Virus record (IMG/VR): IMGVR_UViG_3300037010_002253
Coordinates: 1 to 64,000 of that record
DNA from: a virus
DNA: 64,000 bases
Direction: 5' to 3' (one strand)
Under the pieces are notes generated by a model. That model was not told the DNA's origin. It made no database searches and worked only from the letters and a program-made list of their open reading frames with translations. This document shows, piece after piece, positions 24,694-33,304 of this stretch. The translations under genes and the position numbers were made by a program. Positions within the stretch are counted from its first letter, which is position 1, and each line of letters opens with the position of its first letter.

Positions 24694-25173
24694 CTAGGTG
24701 ATGGTGCCGGTGATGGTGACCGGGGACGCGGGGGGATCGGTCGGATTCCCCGCCGCCGTGGACTTCTGGAGACCCCCCAACGCCACCTGGACGGTCACCA
24801 GCGCGTTCGCGGTGAAGTAGTCGACCATCGCCGTCGCGAGGATGTTCGCCTCGTCGGCAGCCGCCTTGAGACGCGAGTAGTTCGACTTGTTGGCCGTCCA
24901 CCTCCACCTGTCAGCGGTCTGACCCCCGAGAGGGTGAAGGTGCAGCGGGTCCACCGGGGGGTGCCCCTGATCGTCGTACTCCGCCCAGTCGGGGGGCACC
25001 GTGAGGGGGTCCTTGAGAGGCGGGTCCATCGCCGCCTTCTTCGCGGTGTAGAGGGCCTGCGCGAGACCACCGCCGAGGACCTCCGCGTAGCTGGCGATGA
25101 CGGGGACCGGGGGCGTGGAGTCGTCGTCCTCCATCGCCTTCGTGACCGTGACGCTGCCGGCGAGGAGAGTCAC
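24694..25173 (-). CDS. Hypothetical protein, possibly structural
   Basis: Gly/Thr/Ala-rich; ends ...VTITGTIT. Confidence 0.6.
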   Translation of the reverse strand: MTLLAGSVTVTKAMEDDDSTPPVPVIASYAEVLGGGLAQALYTAKKAAMDPPLKDPLTVPPDWAEYDDQGHPPVDPLHLHPLGGQTADRWRWTANKSNYSRLKAAADEANILATAMVDYFTANALVTVQVALGGLQKSTAAGNPTDPPASPVTITGTIT

Positions 25174-25850
25174 GAGGCTTCCTCCGCGCTCGAGCGCGTG
25201 TCGGTGACGGTGTACCCGTCCTTCTGCTCCACCTTCGCGCCCTCGGGGACGCCCGCCGACTGCACGGTGTTCCCCTCGCCGTACCCCTTCTCTAGGCAGA
25301 CGATGGTCCCGTCCGGCCTCGTCCCGACCTCGCCCTTGAAGACCTGACGAAGCTGACGCCCTCCCTTCGTCACGAGCTTGTGTCCGTAGAGGGAGAACGG
25401 GATGAAGTCGAGCTGGCTCTGTGGGGTCCCCGACTGGACCGCCCTTTGCGCCGCCAGCATCAGCTCGGTCGCGACCTCGTCCTTCACGATCTCGAACTTG
25501 TAGCCGCCACCGCCAGGGGCAGCACGCTCCTCCGAGACAGCCAGCGCGAACTTCTGAGAGAGCTGGTCAACGCTCCGCATCCGCTGCCTCGCCTTCTGGG
25601 GGTCCATGTGGTCCGGGTCGAGACCGAAGAACGCCTTGTGGCTCGTCTCCTCACGCTGGCGCGCATACTCCGCGCGGTCGCGCACGGCGCGGTACCGCCC
25701 GGTCGCCATGCCATGCGCGTCCATCAGCGCGACGAACTCCTGGATCTCAGGGTCGGCGGGAATGTACTCGCAGGTGCCATCGGGTCCCTCCACCTCCAGG
25801 TAGAACTTCCCCTCGGCTCCGCGAACGTAGTCCGGTTCCTGCTTCGACAT
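25170..25850 (-). CDS. Hypothetical protein
   Basis: 226 aa; GAGGAG RBS. Confidence 0.7.
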   Translation of the reverse strand: MSKQEPDYVRGAEGKFYLEVEGPDGTCEYIPADPEIQEFVALMDAHGMATGRYRAVRDRAEYARQREETSHKAFFGLDPDHMDPQKARQRMRSVDQLSQKFALAVSEERAAPGGGGYKFEIVKDEVATELMLAAQRAVQSGTPQSQLDFIPFSLYGHKLVTKGGRQLRQVFKGEVGTRPDGTIVCLEKGYGEGNTVQSAGVPEGAKVEQKDGYTVTDTRSSAEEAS

Positions 25851-26181
25851 CTTTCACTCTCCTCAGTAGTTGCAACAGGTGTTTCCACGATATTACCGCG
25901 AACGGCCGCTTCCGGTCGTCGCGGATGACAGCAAAGGGAATCGTTCCCTTCTTCGCATCCCCCTCCGCTTGGAGGAGTGCAGCCCGGGGGTTGGGCTGCT
26001 TCCCGTGTTTCACCTCGACGTGGTACCCGACGAGGCCAACGACGTCAGGTTCGTCATCGCCACGCCGGGTCTGCCACCCGCGCCGAATGTCATCGGCCAG
26101 CTCGGGGAAGACCTCGCGGATCTCGGTCGCCGTGGCCCGCTCGCCCCTTTTGCCTTTGTTTCTACTCAGCCGGCCGCCCAC
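25747..26181 (-). CDS. Holliday junction resolvase (Hjc-like PD-(D/E)XK)
   Basis: SRNKGKRGER...PDV...VEVK. Confidence 0.8.
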   Translation of the reverse strand: MGGRLSRNKGKRGERATATEIREVFPELADDIRRGWQTRRGDDEPDVVGLVGYHVEVKHGKQPNPRAALLQAEGDAKKGTIPFAVIRDDRKRPFAVISWKHLLQLLRRVKDVEAGTGLRSRSRGEVLPGGGGTRWHLRVHSRRP

Positions 26182-26182
26182 G

Positions 26183-26491
26183 TCACGACCCTAGGGAGTA
26201 CTTGATGACCTGGAGCTTGAGGACCGTCCGCTCGACCATCTCCTGCGTCTGATTGTCGCGGAAGTGAGTCATGTCGAATGCGGGAAGGAGGAGGTAGATG
26301 AACCCCGCAGGGGCCACCTTCCCGTTCGCGATGGCCGTCGCCTTCACCCCCTGGGAGATCGAGTGGACGCCGATACAGGACAAGTGAACCTTGCTGCCTT
26401 CGTCGTTGTATCGCACGATCGCCGTCGCGAGGTGCTGAACGTCCGTATCCGCCGCTACACGCAGCTCCTTCGTGTCCTCAGAGTTGTCCAT
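26183..26491 (-). CDS. spoVS: SpoVS-family (Alba-like fold) protein
   Basis: LRVAA...IGVHSISQGVKATAIANGKVAPAG...PAF...ERTVLKL matches the SpoVS pattern. Confidence 0.85.
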   Translation of the reverse strand: MDNSEDTKELRVAADTDVQHLATAIVRYNDEGSKVHLSCIGVHSISQGVKATAIANGKVAPAGFIYLLLPAFDMTHFRDNQTQEMVERTVLKLQVIKYSLGS

Positions 26492-26502
26492 GGTCGTTTA
26501 CC

Positions 26503-27024
26503 TCAGACGTTGCGCTGTCGTTCGAGACCCATCCGCCGCGTCATCTCCCGGCTGATCGCGTCCCGCCCGATGAGGTACCCCTGGAGCGCCGCTTCCGTCA
26601 GAGTGCAGGTACTTTCGCCGACCAGAACATCGAAGCCGATGGTCCGAACACGAGGATCGACCTCGACCTTAGCCTCCTTGTCAGGGTTCGTTCCAGTTTT
26701 CTCCAGCCGAACCTTCGCCCGCGTGATCTTGTCGGCCTTCTTTGTCGCCGCCGCGACAACGCCCAGGATGGCGAGGTGGAGGGTCGCGTACTGGGCCATC
26801 AGCGCGAACTCGCCGTGGATCTTCCCGATGGCGATGTCCGAGAGGGCAGTCAGGTCTCGCGGAAGTTGGGGGTCCAGGGGCTCCCCCTTCTCGTTGAGGG
26901 GACGCCGAGGAGCGCGGAGTTGAAGCGACCTCATTCGCTCCTTCACCGCCGCCTGGGCTGCGTTGACGTCGAAGAGAGGTCCCTGTGCCTCCTCCCGCTT
27001 TGGGAGCCGGAACTTGAACCTCAC
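26503..27024 (-). CDS. Putative UvsY-like recombination mediator
   Basis: Helical; KEAKVEVDPRV...ISREMTRR; located in the recombination module. Confidence 0.45.
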   Translation of the reverse strand: MRFKFRLPKREEAQGPLFDVNAAQAAVKERMRSLQLRAPRRPLNEKGEPLDPQLPRDLTALSDIAIGKIHGEFALMAQYATLHLAILGVVAAATKKADKITRAKVRLEKTGTNPDKEAKVEVDPRVRTIGFDVLVGESTCTLTEAALQGYLIGRDAISREMTRRMGLERQRNV

Positions 27025-27404
27025 GGCTTCGCCACGCCGACCGCGACGATGACCTCGGCGCCCTGGTTGTCGGTGAGGGTCTTGAGGAGATCGGCGTAGA
27101 GGGTGGCCGCCTCGTCCTTGGTCTTGACGCGGAAGGGCAGGCTCGCCGCCACGAGGGTCTCCACATCGCCGAAGACGCGCAGCGAGGTCTCGTGCTCTTT
27201 CGCCGCCTGGACGTACTGCTTGGTCGATTGGAGGTCCACCATCATCGCCGCGAACTCGTGAAGCTGGAGTCCGGTGAGGTACTTCCGCTCGCGGCTGTTG
27301 TGGTGGAAGAAGAAGTCGAGCACTTCGAGAAACTCTCCCACGGACAAGCCGCTGAGGGGCTTGCCCATGGGAGAGGTGATGGTCGGCTGCTTGTCGGAAG
27401 ACAT
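27021..27404 (-). CDS. Hypothetical protein
   Basis: ATG 27404 with AAGGAG. Confidence 0.65.
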   Translation of the reverse strand: MSSDKQPTITSPMGKPLSGLSVGEFLEVLDFFFHHNSRERKYLTGLQLHEFAAMMVDLQSTKQYVQAAKEHETSLRVFGDVETLVAASLPFRVKTKDEAATLYADLLKTLTDNQGAEVIVAVGVAKP

Positions 27405-27427
27405 GTCGTTCTCCTTGTCAGTGGTGG

Positions 27428-27766
27428 CTACTTCGTGGTGTTGGTCTGAACCGGGGAGCAGGCGTAGACGACCGACGGTGCCGCAGAGGACCGCGCGCCG
27501 CCATCCGCCGACTGCGGCTTCGTCCGCATGACGACCTCGACGACCTTGGGAACCACGGGGGAGACGGCGTGCTCGATGTCGCAGACGAGGCGCACGTTGG
27601 GGTCGTTCTCGCTCAAGAGAGGGGCGAGAGCGCACGCGGCATCACCGAGACCAGTCGCAGCGGTGACGACCTTCTTGTTCGCTTCCGCAGAACACGAAGC
27701 GAGGATCGCCATCGTCACCATCCCGACCGTGAACGTGGCGGACAACTGGAGTGGCCTTGCATTCAT
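27428..27766 (-). CDS. Putative lipoprotein
   Basis: Hydrophobic N-terminus with LASC lipobox-like motif. Confidence 0.6.
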   Translation of the reverse strand: MNARPLQLSATFTVGMVTMAILASCSAEANKKVVTAATGLGDAACALAPLLSENDPNVRLVCDIEHAVSPVVPKVVEVVMRTKPQSADGGARSSAAPSVVYACSPVQTNTTK

Positions 27767-27778
27767 ATGGGTTTCCTT

Positions 27779-28711
27779 TCAGACGGGCGCGCCCTTCGCG
27801 CGACAGTAGACAACGTACCGGCAGAAGCTGGTGTCGCAGGTGTCCTGATCGTACGCCGGGAGCTTGTTCTGGTCGACGTACTGCTGGAGGTGGATGACGC
27901 GCCGGTTGACAGCGTTCTCCATCTCGCCCGCAACCTCGACCGGGTACTCGGCGAGCTTCTGGTTGTTCTTGTTCCAGTAGACGATCGTGACCCAGCCGAG
28001 CTTGTGTAGGAGTCCGTACACGCACGCCTGGAAGGCGTGCTTCTGGAAGGTCCGCAACCCGCGAAGCCGGTTCTCCGCCGCCGAGTTGGACTTGTGCGGG
28101 CCGTCGACTCGGTTGCCACGACTCGAGATCCAGAACCCATCGGGCGCCTTCTCGATGGTGTCGTCGAGCGTGTTGATCTCATTCATCGGAGGAAGCGGAC
28201 GCTCTGTGATGTTGCGGAAGCCGTCGTCGTTGATGGTTTTCAACTCGAGGCCCCACCTGTACCCGTCGCCCCTGCGGATGAGGACGCCATCGCATGACCC
28301 GCGGATGAGGCCCCCGCCGGGGACCTCGTGGTGGACCCTCGACTCCGGCGCGAAGTAGATCCCCGGGTGGTCCGCGAGGTAGTTCTGCACGACCTTGTGG
28401 ATCGCCGTCCCCTCGTCGAGGATGCGCTGCAACTGGTTCCCGATGTCTGGGAGGTTGGCGGGCGCATCGCACGCATGGAAAACGTTCGCCCTGTCACACC
28501 CGAAGAGGCCCGACGGTCGGAAGAACTTGTGCCGAACCTTCGCGCTGTCGAGGACCTGCTCGATGAGTCCGATGATGGAAGGAGGCGAAGGGATCTTCTT
28601 CTCCTCGCGGGGCGCTTCGCTCTCGTCCGGGGTCGCGGAGGGTGGCCGCGGCGCCTCGGTCCCCGCCATCTTAGCCGCCTTCGCGCGCTGCAACTTGTCG
28701 GTCAAACTCAT
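27779..28711 (-). CDS. Cas4-like PD-(D/E)XK exonuclease with Fe-S Cys
   Basis: PSGLFGC; GTAIH; GSCDG...LELKT; QACVY; C-terminal CDTSFCRYVVYC; ATGA-coupled start. Confidence 0.85.
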   Translation of the reverse strand: MSLTDKLQRAKAAKMAGTEAPRPPSATPDESEAPREEKKIPSPPSIIGLIEQVLDSAKVRHKFFRPSGLFGCDRANVFHACDAPANLPDIGNQLQRILDEGTAIHKVVQNYLADHPGIYFAPESRVHHEVPGGGLIRGSCDGVLIRRGDGYRWGLELKTINDDGFRNITERPLPPMNEINTLDDTIEKAPDGFWISSRGNRVDGPHKSNSAAENRLRGLRTFQKHAFQACVYGLLHKLGWVTIVYWNKNNQKLAEYPVEVAGEMENAVNRRVIHLQQYVDQNKLPAYDQDTCDTSFCRYVVYCRAKGAPV

Positions 28712-29049
28712 GTTGGTTCCTTGTCTGCGTGCGTCAACTGGAGGAAGAGATACCAAGGTATTACTGCCATGTCCATCTTCCCTATCTGGACATGCATCAC
28801 GGGTTCCCTACCCTCCGCCATCGCCTCGAACATGATCTTCGTCAGCTCGTCCGCCTTGAGGTGGTAGGACTTGGCGTCGGTCCGCTTCGCTTCGACGAGG
28901 TACTCGGGCGTCTTCCCATCCCCCTTCGCGTTCCAGCGGTTACCGCTACCTGGGGTCACCTTGCCGCCGAGGTCCCGCATCGCAGACACTTCCTGCGCGC
29001 GGGACCTTGTCAGGCGAGGCGACTTATTTGGTCGCCGGAGGAGGGGCAT
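28708..29049 (-). CDS. Second PD-(D/E)XK nuclease / resolvase-like protein
   Basis: QE...PGSGN...KGDG...LVEAKRT. Confidence 0.75.
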   Translation of the reverse strand: MPLLRRPNKSPRLTRSRAQEVSAMRDLGGKVTPGSGNRWNAKGDGKTPEYLVEAKRTDAKSYHLKADELTKIMFEAMAEGREPVMHVQIGKMDMAVIPWYLFLQLTHADKEPT

Positions 29050-29233
29050 TGAACGACTCGGGTGCGAGTTCGAGCTCGAGTGTGTTGATCATGGGGTACT
29101 CGGTGTGTGCTCTCGCCCTCGCCTCGAACCACGTCCGAGCGTAAATGTACGTCAAGTACGCGCGCTTCCCGGGCCGGTTGTCGTAGATGCACCACCGAAC
29201 GGGTTCAGAGGGCGGAGAAGAAAGCTCTTTCAT
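29024..29233 (-). CDS. Hypothetical protein
   Basis: 69 aa immediately after recA. Confidence 0.5.
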   Translation of the reverse strand: MKELSSPPSEPVRWCIYDNRPGKRAYLTYIYARTWFEARARAHTEYPMINTLELELAPESFNAPPPATK

Positions 29234-30349
29234 CTACCTCTCCACCAGCGCCTCACGGATGTCCGCGCGGATCGCCTCTTGGATGTCCTCGTGTTCGCGC
29301 AGAATCGCAAGAAACTGCGCGGCGCTCGACGCCTCGATGCCATACCCCTCTAGGTTCGCCCCCCGCTGCTCGAGGAGGTCGTACCCACGCGCGAGGTTGA
29401 ACAACATGTCGGGGACGTCGAGGCCGGGCTCGATCTCGCTCGACCACGCGCCCTTGCCGCTCCCGCCGCTCTCCGCCCACGGTAGGAAGTAGAACGAGAA
29501 CTTCCCCACCCGCTCCGGCGTCGCGGTCTTGTTCTTCACGCAGCGCACGTTGAAGGTCCGCGAGACGATCTTGCGGTGCTCGGACTTGTCCTTCTCGGTG
29601 TACCGCAACTCCCCTTTCTTGAACTGAAGGGCGATGCTTTTCCAGTGAAGGATGCTACGCGCCTGGATCGGTTCCGGTTCGGGGGTTCCAGTCGGGGACC
29701 ACTTCCCGATCGCGCTGCGCACCTGAGAGATCCCGAGGATGGCCGTGTTCGACCCGCCCTGGTTCATCGCCGCGTAGGCCCGCCGCATGACACGCCCCCA
29801 CATCTGCGAGGACCCGCCGCCGCCGTACGCCTGCTTCTCGATCCCCGCCGACGCCTCCGTCGCCGTGCCGAAGCTCTGGAACGAGTCGAGAGCCAGCAGG
29901 TCGATGAGACCAGACTCGAACATGGTCATGGCCACCTCCATCGAGGTGTCTCCCATCCCCACGTCGACCATGATGAGCTTGTCTACGTTCACACCGAGCT
30001 TCCTCGCCCAGGCTGCGTCGAACCCCTCGCGGAAGAACCCAGCGGCGAGGCCGCCGTTCCTCTGGGTCTCCGCAATCGCGAGAAGCATAGCGAGAGACTT
30101 CCCGCTCGACTCCTCGCCGTGCAACTCCGTGAGCATCCCCTTCGGGTACCCGCCGCCCGTCAGGACGTCGAGCGTGTCGATCCCCGTGGGGATTCGCTGG
30201 ACGGGCGGGTGGTCGGTCCCGAGGTAGACGTGACCGTCCTCGAGCTCCCTGTTGATGGTCCCCATCATCGCCTTGAGCTGCTCCATCCTCGAGGGGACCC
30301 TCTCGGTGGCGGCGACCTTCTTCGTCTTCGTGACCTTCTTCTTCGGCAT
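29234..30349 (-). CDS. recA: RecA/UvsX-like recombinase
   Basis: IPTGIDTLDVLTGGGYPKG; GEESSGKS; ARKLGVN; LDS; SQVR; VKNK. Confidence 0.92.
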   Translation of the reverse strand: MPKKKVTKTKKVAATERVPSRMEQLKAMMGTINRELEDGHVYLGTDHPPVQRIPTGIDTLDVLTGGGYPKGMLTELHGEESSGKSLAMLLAIAETQRNGGLAAGFFREGFDAAWARKLGVNVDKLIMVDVGMGDTSMEVAMTMFESGLIDLLALDSFQSFGTATEASAGIEKQAYGGGGSSQMWGRVMRRAYAAMNQGGSNTAILGISQVRSAIGKWSPTGTPEPEPIQARSILHWKSIALQFKKGELRYTEKDKSEHRKIVSRTFNVRCVKNKTATPERVGKFSFYFLPWAESGGSGKGAWSSEIEPGLDVPDMLFNLARGYDLLEQRGANLEGYGIEASSAAQFLAILREHEDIQEAIRADIREALVER

Positions 30350-30357
30350 GGTGACTC

Positions 30358-33231
30358 CTACTGCTTCGCCTTACCCCAGGACTCCCCGAACCCGATCTCC
30401 GCTGGCGTGTCGACGCGGAGGTCCTTGAAGCCGTACACGCGGTACGGGTGGCTGACGTACTCCTCGATGATCGGCCGGCACTCCTCCTCCGCGCCCTTCG
30501 GGACGTTGAACAGCAGCTCGTCGTGAATCTGAAGGGTCATCTCGACGCCCAGCTCCTCAAGTCGCTTGTCCGCGTCGATGAGCAGCATCGACATCTTCAA
30601 TAGGTCGGCTGCACTTCCCTGGATGACGTAGTTGAACGCCTGCCGCTCCGCCCGCCTGCGCAATCCCATCTCGTCGGAGTTGATGAAGGGGATGGCCACC
30701 CGACGCCGGAGGATGGTCCTCACGAACCCGTCCTGGCGAGCTCTGCGCTGGATCCGGTCGATGCCCGACCTCATCCCCGCGTAGAGGTTGAAGAAGCCCT
30801 GCACCGCTTCCTTCCCTGCCTGCTCGCTGACGCCCGCCATCTGCGCGTACGTGCTCGGACCCATCCCGTACAGGGTGTTCCCGACGACGCGACCCTCAAC
30901 CGTGAAGCGATGCCGAGGACCTGCGTTCACGATGTCGTAGACCCGGGCGACCTGTTTCGGTTGTTGATAGAATAAGTGGTCAGCCTCAGATTCTGCGGCG
31001 AGTAGTGTCCATCGTTGTCGATCCGATCGAACACCAAGCCTTTGAAGGTAGAGTCCGACCACTTCTTCAACGCCCAGCGTACGAAGTGCTCCCTCGACCG
31101 AAACAAGACCTTGATGCCCCTCCCCTTGTACCGGGGGGACGAGACATGCGTGTCCCTCTCGCACCTCTGTACCATCGCGGCGTACCGACGACCGAGCATC
31201 GCCGCCCGGGAATCGTGGTACTTCTGCCCGCGCTGGCATCGGCAGTTCGTAGTTTTCCTCGCGCGAACGTTGTCCACTAGAAGCCAATGCTTCTTTTCGC
31301 ACGCGGAGCACTCCGCCTCTACGTACCTTCTCGCCCTCGACCCCGGCCTCGCGCGCCGCTCGACCTCGCCGGTCAAACGCATCGTACCCAACGGCAGCTT
31401 CCCCAGCTCCGCCAACAGCAAGTCGTCCGAAACGAACCGTGGATGCTGCGAGCCCGAACGGAATCTTGTGTCCTTCATCGGTGTAGACCTCGTGGCCGAG
31501 AGTTGCGGTGAGACCATCGTAAGTGAGGACGGCCTTTTCACCCTTGAACACCACCCCCTCATGGTGGACCCACTCTACCCCGTCCCATAGAAGATCGGAA
31601 TCCTGAACTCGCTCGATTGGGACGAGGCCACGCTTCGTGAGAACCCGCTGGCCCTCCGCGATGCAGCCGAAGTTGATCGTCTTGCTGCGCCGTCGCGCCT
31701 CGGGGAACTTCGCCTTGACCTCGTGCAGCAGGTCCCCGTCCACAGTCCGCGCTCCGACCCAGCGACGGACCTCCGAATCGATCTCGGTCGCCGTCAGGGA
31801 GTGCAAGTCCCACCCCCGGTTGATGGCGTTCAGCATCACCGCGTCGTTCGTGAAATGCGCCGCAAGACGCAACTCGATCTGGCTCAGGTCGATGTCCCCG
31901 ACCACGCATCCATCGGGCGCGATGAACGCCTCGCGAATGTGGAAGGCGTCGTTCTCCATGGACGGGATGTTCTGGAGGTTGTGCGCGGAGGACGACAAGC
32001 GAAGGGTCGCAGTTCCCGTCTGCTTGAGGTTGGTGTGGACCTTCCCGCCGTACTCACCGGCCGAGTGGATGAACGGCTCCACGTACGTTCCGCGCAACTT
32101 GTCCAGCTCGCGGTACGCCAGGATGATGTCCGCGATCTGCTTCGCCACTGGGTCCTTGAAGCTGGTCAGGGAATCGTCATCTGTCGACGGGAGGCCCGTG
32201 GGGGTTCGCTTCGCGATGGGCGTTCGGAGGTGGACCTCGAAGAGGTTCGCTACCTGCTTGGACGACCCGAGGTTGAAGTCGGCGAGCACGTCATTAGAGA
32301 CGCCGTACTTCTGGCAGGTGCGGAGGAACTCACTGACCGTATCCTCGATCTTCGCGTCGACCTGAAGCTTCATCTCCTCGAGCCGCACCGTGTCCACCCG
32401 ACACCCGCGCCGCTCCATGCGGTAGAGGACCTGGGTGTAAGGTAGGTCGAACTGCTTGTAGTAGTCCCAGTAGGATTTGCCGTTGACCCACTCCTCCGCC
32501 TCCAGGGCGGCCCTAAGGACCTCGAACCCCATCAGGGAGAAGAGCGGGTCTTTGCAGGCGTACGTGATGAGACGGTGGACGCCCACAGGGTCCTGCACCA
32601 CCTCGTCGAGGTGGGGGACCTCAAACGTCTTGCTAGGTGTCCCGTCTCGCTTGAGCTTCGGCCGCTTGAACGTCTCGCTGTACTCGCGGATGGCACCCCA
32701 CGTCTCGCCGAAGAGGGTGATGAGCTTGTACCCGAAGTACCTCTCCATGATGTGTTTCAGGCCGTGGTACATCTCGCCGCTCGCGGACAGCGTGTCCATG
32801 ACCTGCGTGTCCCCCGCGAACCCATCGAGCGTGATCCCGTGGTTCCCGCAGACGTGCATGTCGTACTTGAGGTTCGACCCGACCTTGCCGATGTCGGGGT
32901 CCTCCAAGACGCCCTTGAAGTGGCGCAGGGTCCCTTCCCACGGCCCCCAGTTCGGGACGAAGATCCGCGAGCCAGGAGCGCCTGGGTCGTACCCGCACGA
33001 GAACTGTGCGCAGATCGCGCGCGCCTTTCCTTTCGCGTGCTCCTTCCTCGGGTCGCATCCGACCGTCTCGGTATCGAAGCCGACGACTTCCGCGTCCCGG
33101 ATCATCCGAAGGGCTTGCCCAACCTTCTCCGGGGTATCAGTGATGAACGCCCCATCGACCTCGGGCAGCGTCGGTCCGCTGTAGTCGCGCCGCTTCTTGC
33201 GGCCGAGGTTCAAGTGCCACTGGTTTCCCAC
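30358..33231 (-). CDS. polA: Family A DNA polymerase (3'-5' exonuclease plus polymerase) containing an intein
   Basis: FDTET; RLSSSAHNLQNIP; DLSQIELR; KTINFG|TLYG; IQGSAAD; QIHDEL. Confidence 0.95.
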   Translation of the reverse strand: MGNQWHLNLGRKKRRDYSGPTLPEVDGAFITDTPEKVGQALRMIRDAEVVGFDTETVGCDPRKEHAKGKARAICAQFSCGYDPGAPGSRIFVPNWGPWEGTLRHFKGVLEDPDIGKVGSNLKYDMHVCGNHGITLDGFAGDTQVMDTLSASGEMYHGLKHIMERYFGYKLITLFGETWGAIREYSETFKRPKLKRDGTPSKTFEVPHLDEVVQDPVGVHRLITYACKDPLFSLMGFEVLRAALEAEEWVNGKSYWDYYKQFDLPYTQVLYRMERRGCRVDTVRLEEMKLQVDAKIEDTVSEFLRTCQKYGVSNDVLADFNLGSSKQVANLFEVHLRTPIAKRTPTGLPSTDDDSLTSFKDPVAKQIADIILAYRELDKLRGTYVEPFIHSAGEYGGKVHTNLKQTGTATLRLSSSAHNLQNIPSMENDAFHIREAFIAPDGCVVGDIDLSQIELRLAAHFTNDAVMLNAINRGWDLHSLTATEIDSEVRRWVGARTVDGDLLHEVKAKFPEARRRSKTINFGCIAEGQRVLTKRGLVPIERVQDSDLLWDGVEWVHHEGVVFKGEKAVLTYDGLTATLGHEVYTDEGHKIPFGLAASTVRFGRLAVGGAGEAAVGYDAFDRRGRAAREAGVEGEKVRRGGVLRVRKEALASSGQRSREENYELPMPARAEVPRFPGGDARSSVRRDGTEVREGHACLVPPVQGEGHQGLVSVEGALRTLGVEEVVGLYLQRLGVRSDRQRWTLLAAESEADHLFYQQPKQVARVYDIVNAGPRHRFTVEGRVVGNTLYGMGPSTYAQMAGVSEQAGKEAVQGFFNLYAGMRSGIDRIQRRARQDGFVRTILRRRVAIPFINSDEMGLRRRAERQAFNYVIQGSAADLLKMSMLLIDADKRLEELGVEMTLQIHDELLFNVPKGAEEECRPIIEEYVSHPYRVYGFKDLRVDTPAEIGFGESWGKAKQ
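30877..31665 (-). mobile_element. Intein (263 aa) inserted in PolA motif B
   Basis: Starts CIAEGQRVLT; block B TATLGH; block F VYDIVNAGPRHRF; ends VVGN with +1 Thr; removal restores KTINFG-TLYGMG. Confidence 0.92.
30927..31478 (-). CDS. HNH-type homing endonuclease nested in the +1 frame of the intein
   Basis: CSAC...NCRC; YAAMVQRC...RYKGRGIKV...FDRIDNDGHYSPQNLRLTT...NNRN; ATG 31478 with GAGGT upstream. Confidence 0.85.
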   Translation of the reverse strand: MKDTRFRSGSQHPRFVSDDLLLAELGKLPLGTMRLTGEVERRARPGSRARRYVEAECSACEKKHWLLVDNVRARKTTNCRCQRGQKYHDSRAAMLGRRYAAMVQRCERDTHVSSPRYKGRGIKVLFRSREHFVRWALKKWSDSTFKGLVFDRIDNDGHYSPQNLRLTTYSINNRNRSPGSTTS

Positions 33232-33258
33232 GAAATGACTCCTTTTGCTTATCCGACG

Positions 33259-33287
33259 AAAAGAGGGGAACCCGTGGGTTCCCCTCT
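33259..33287 (-). terminator. Intrinsic terminator after ssb
   Basis: agaggggaaccc/gggttcccctct stem followed by TTTT on the minus strand. Confidence 0.75.
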
Positions 33288-33304
33288 CCTCACCGCGCTA
33301 CGTC

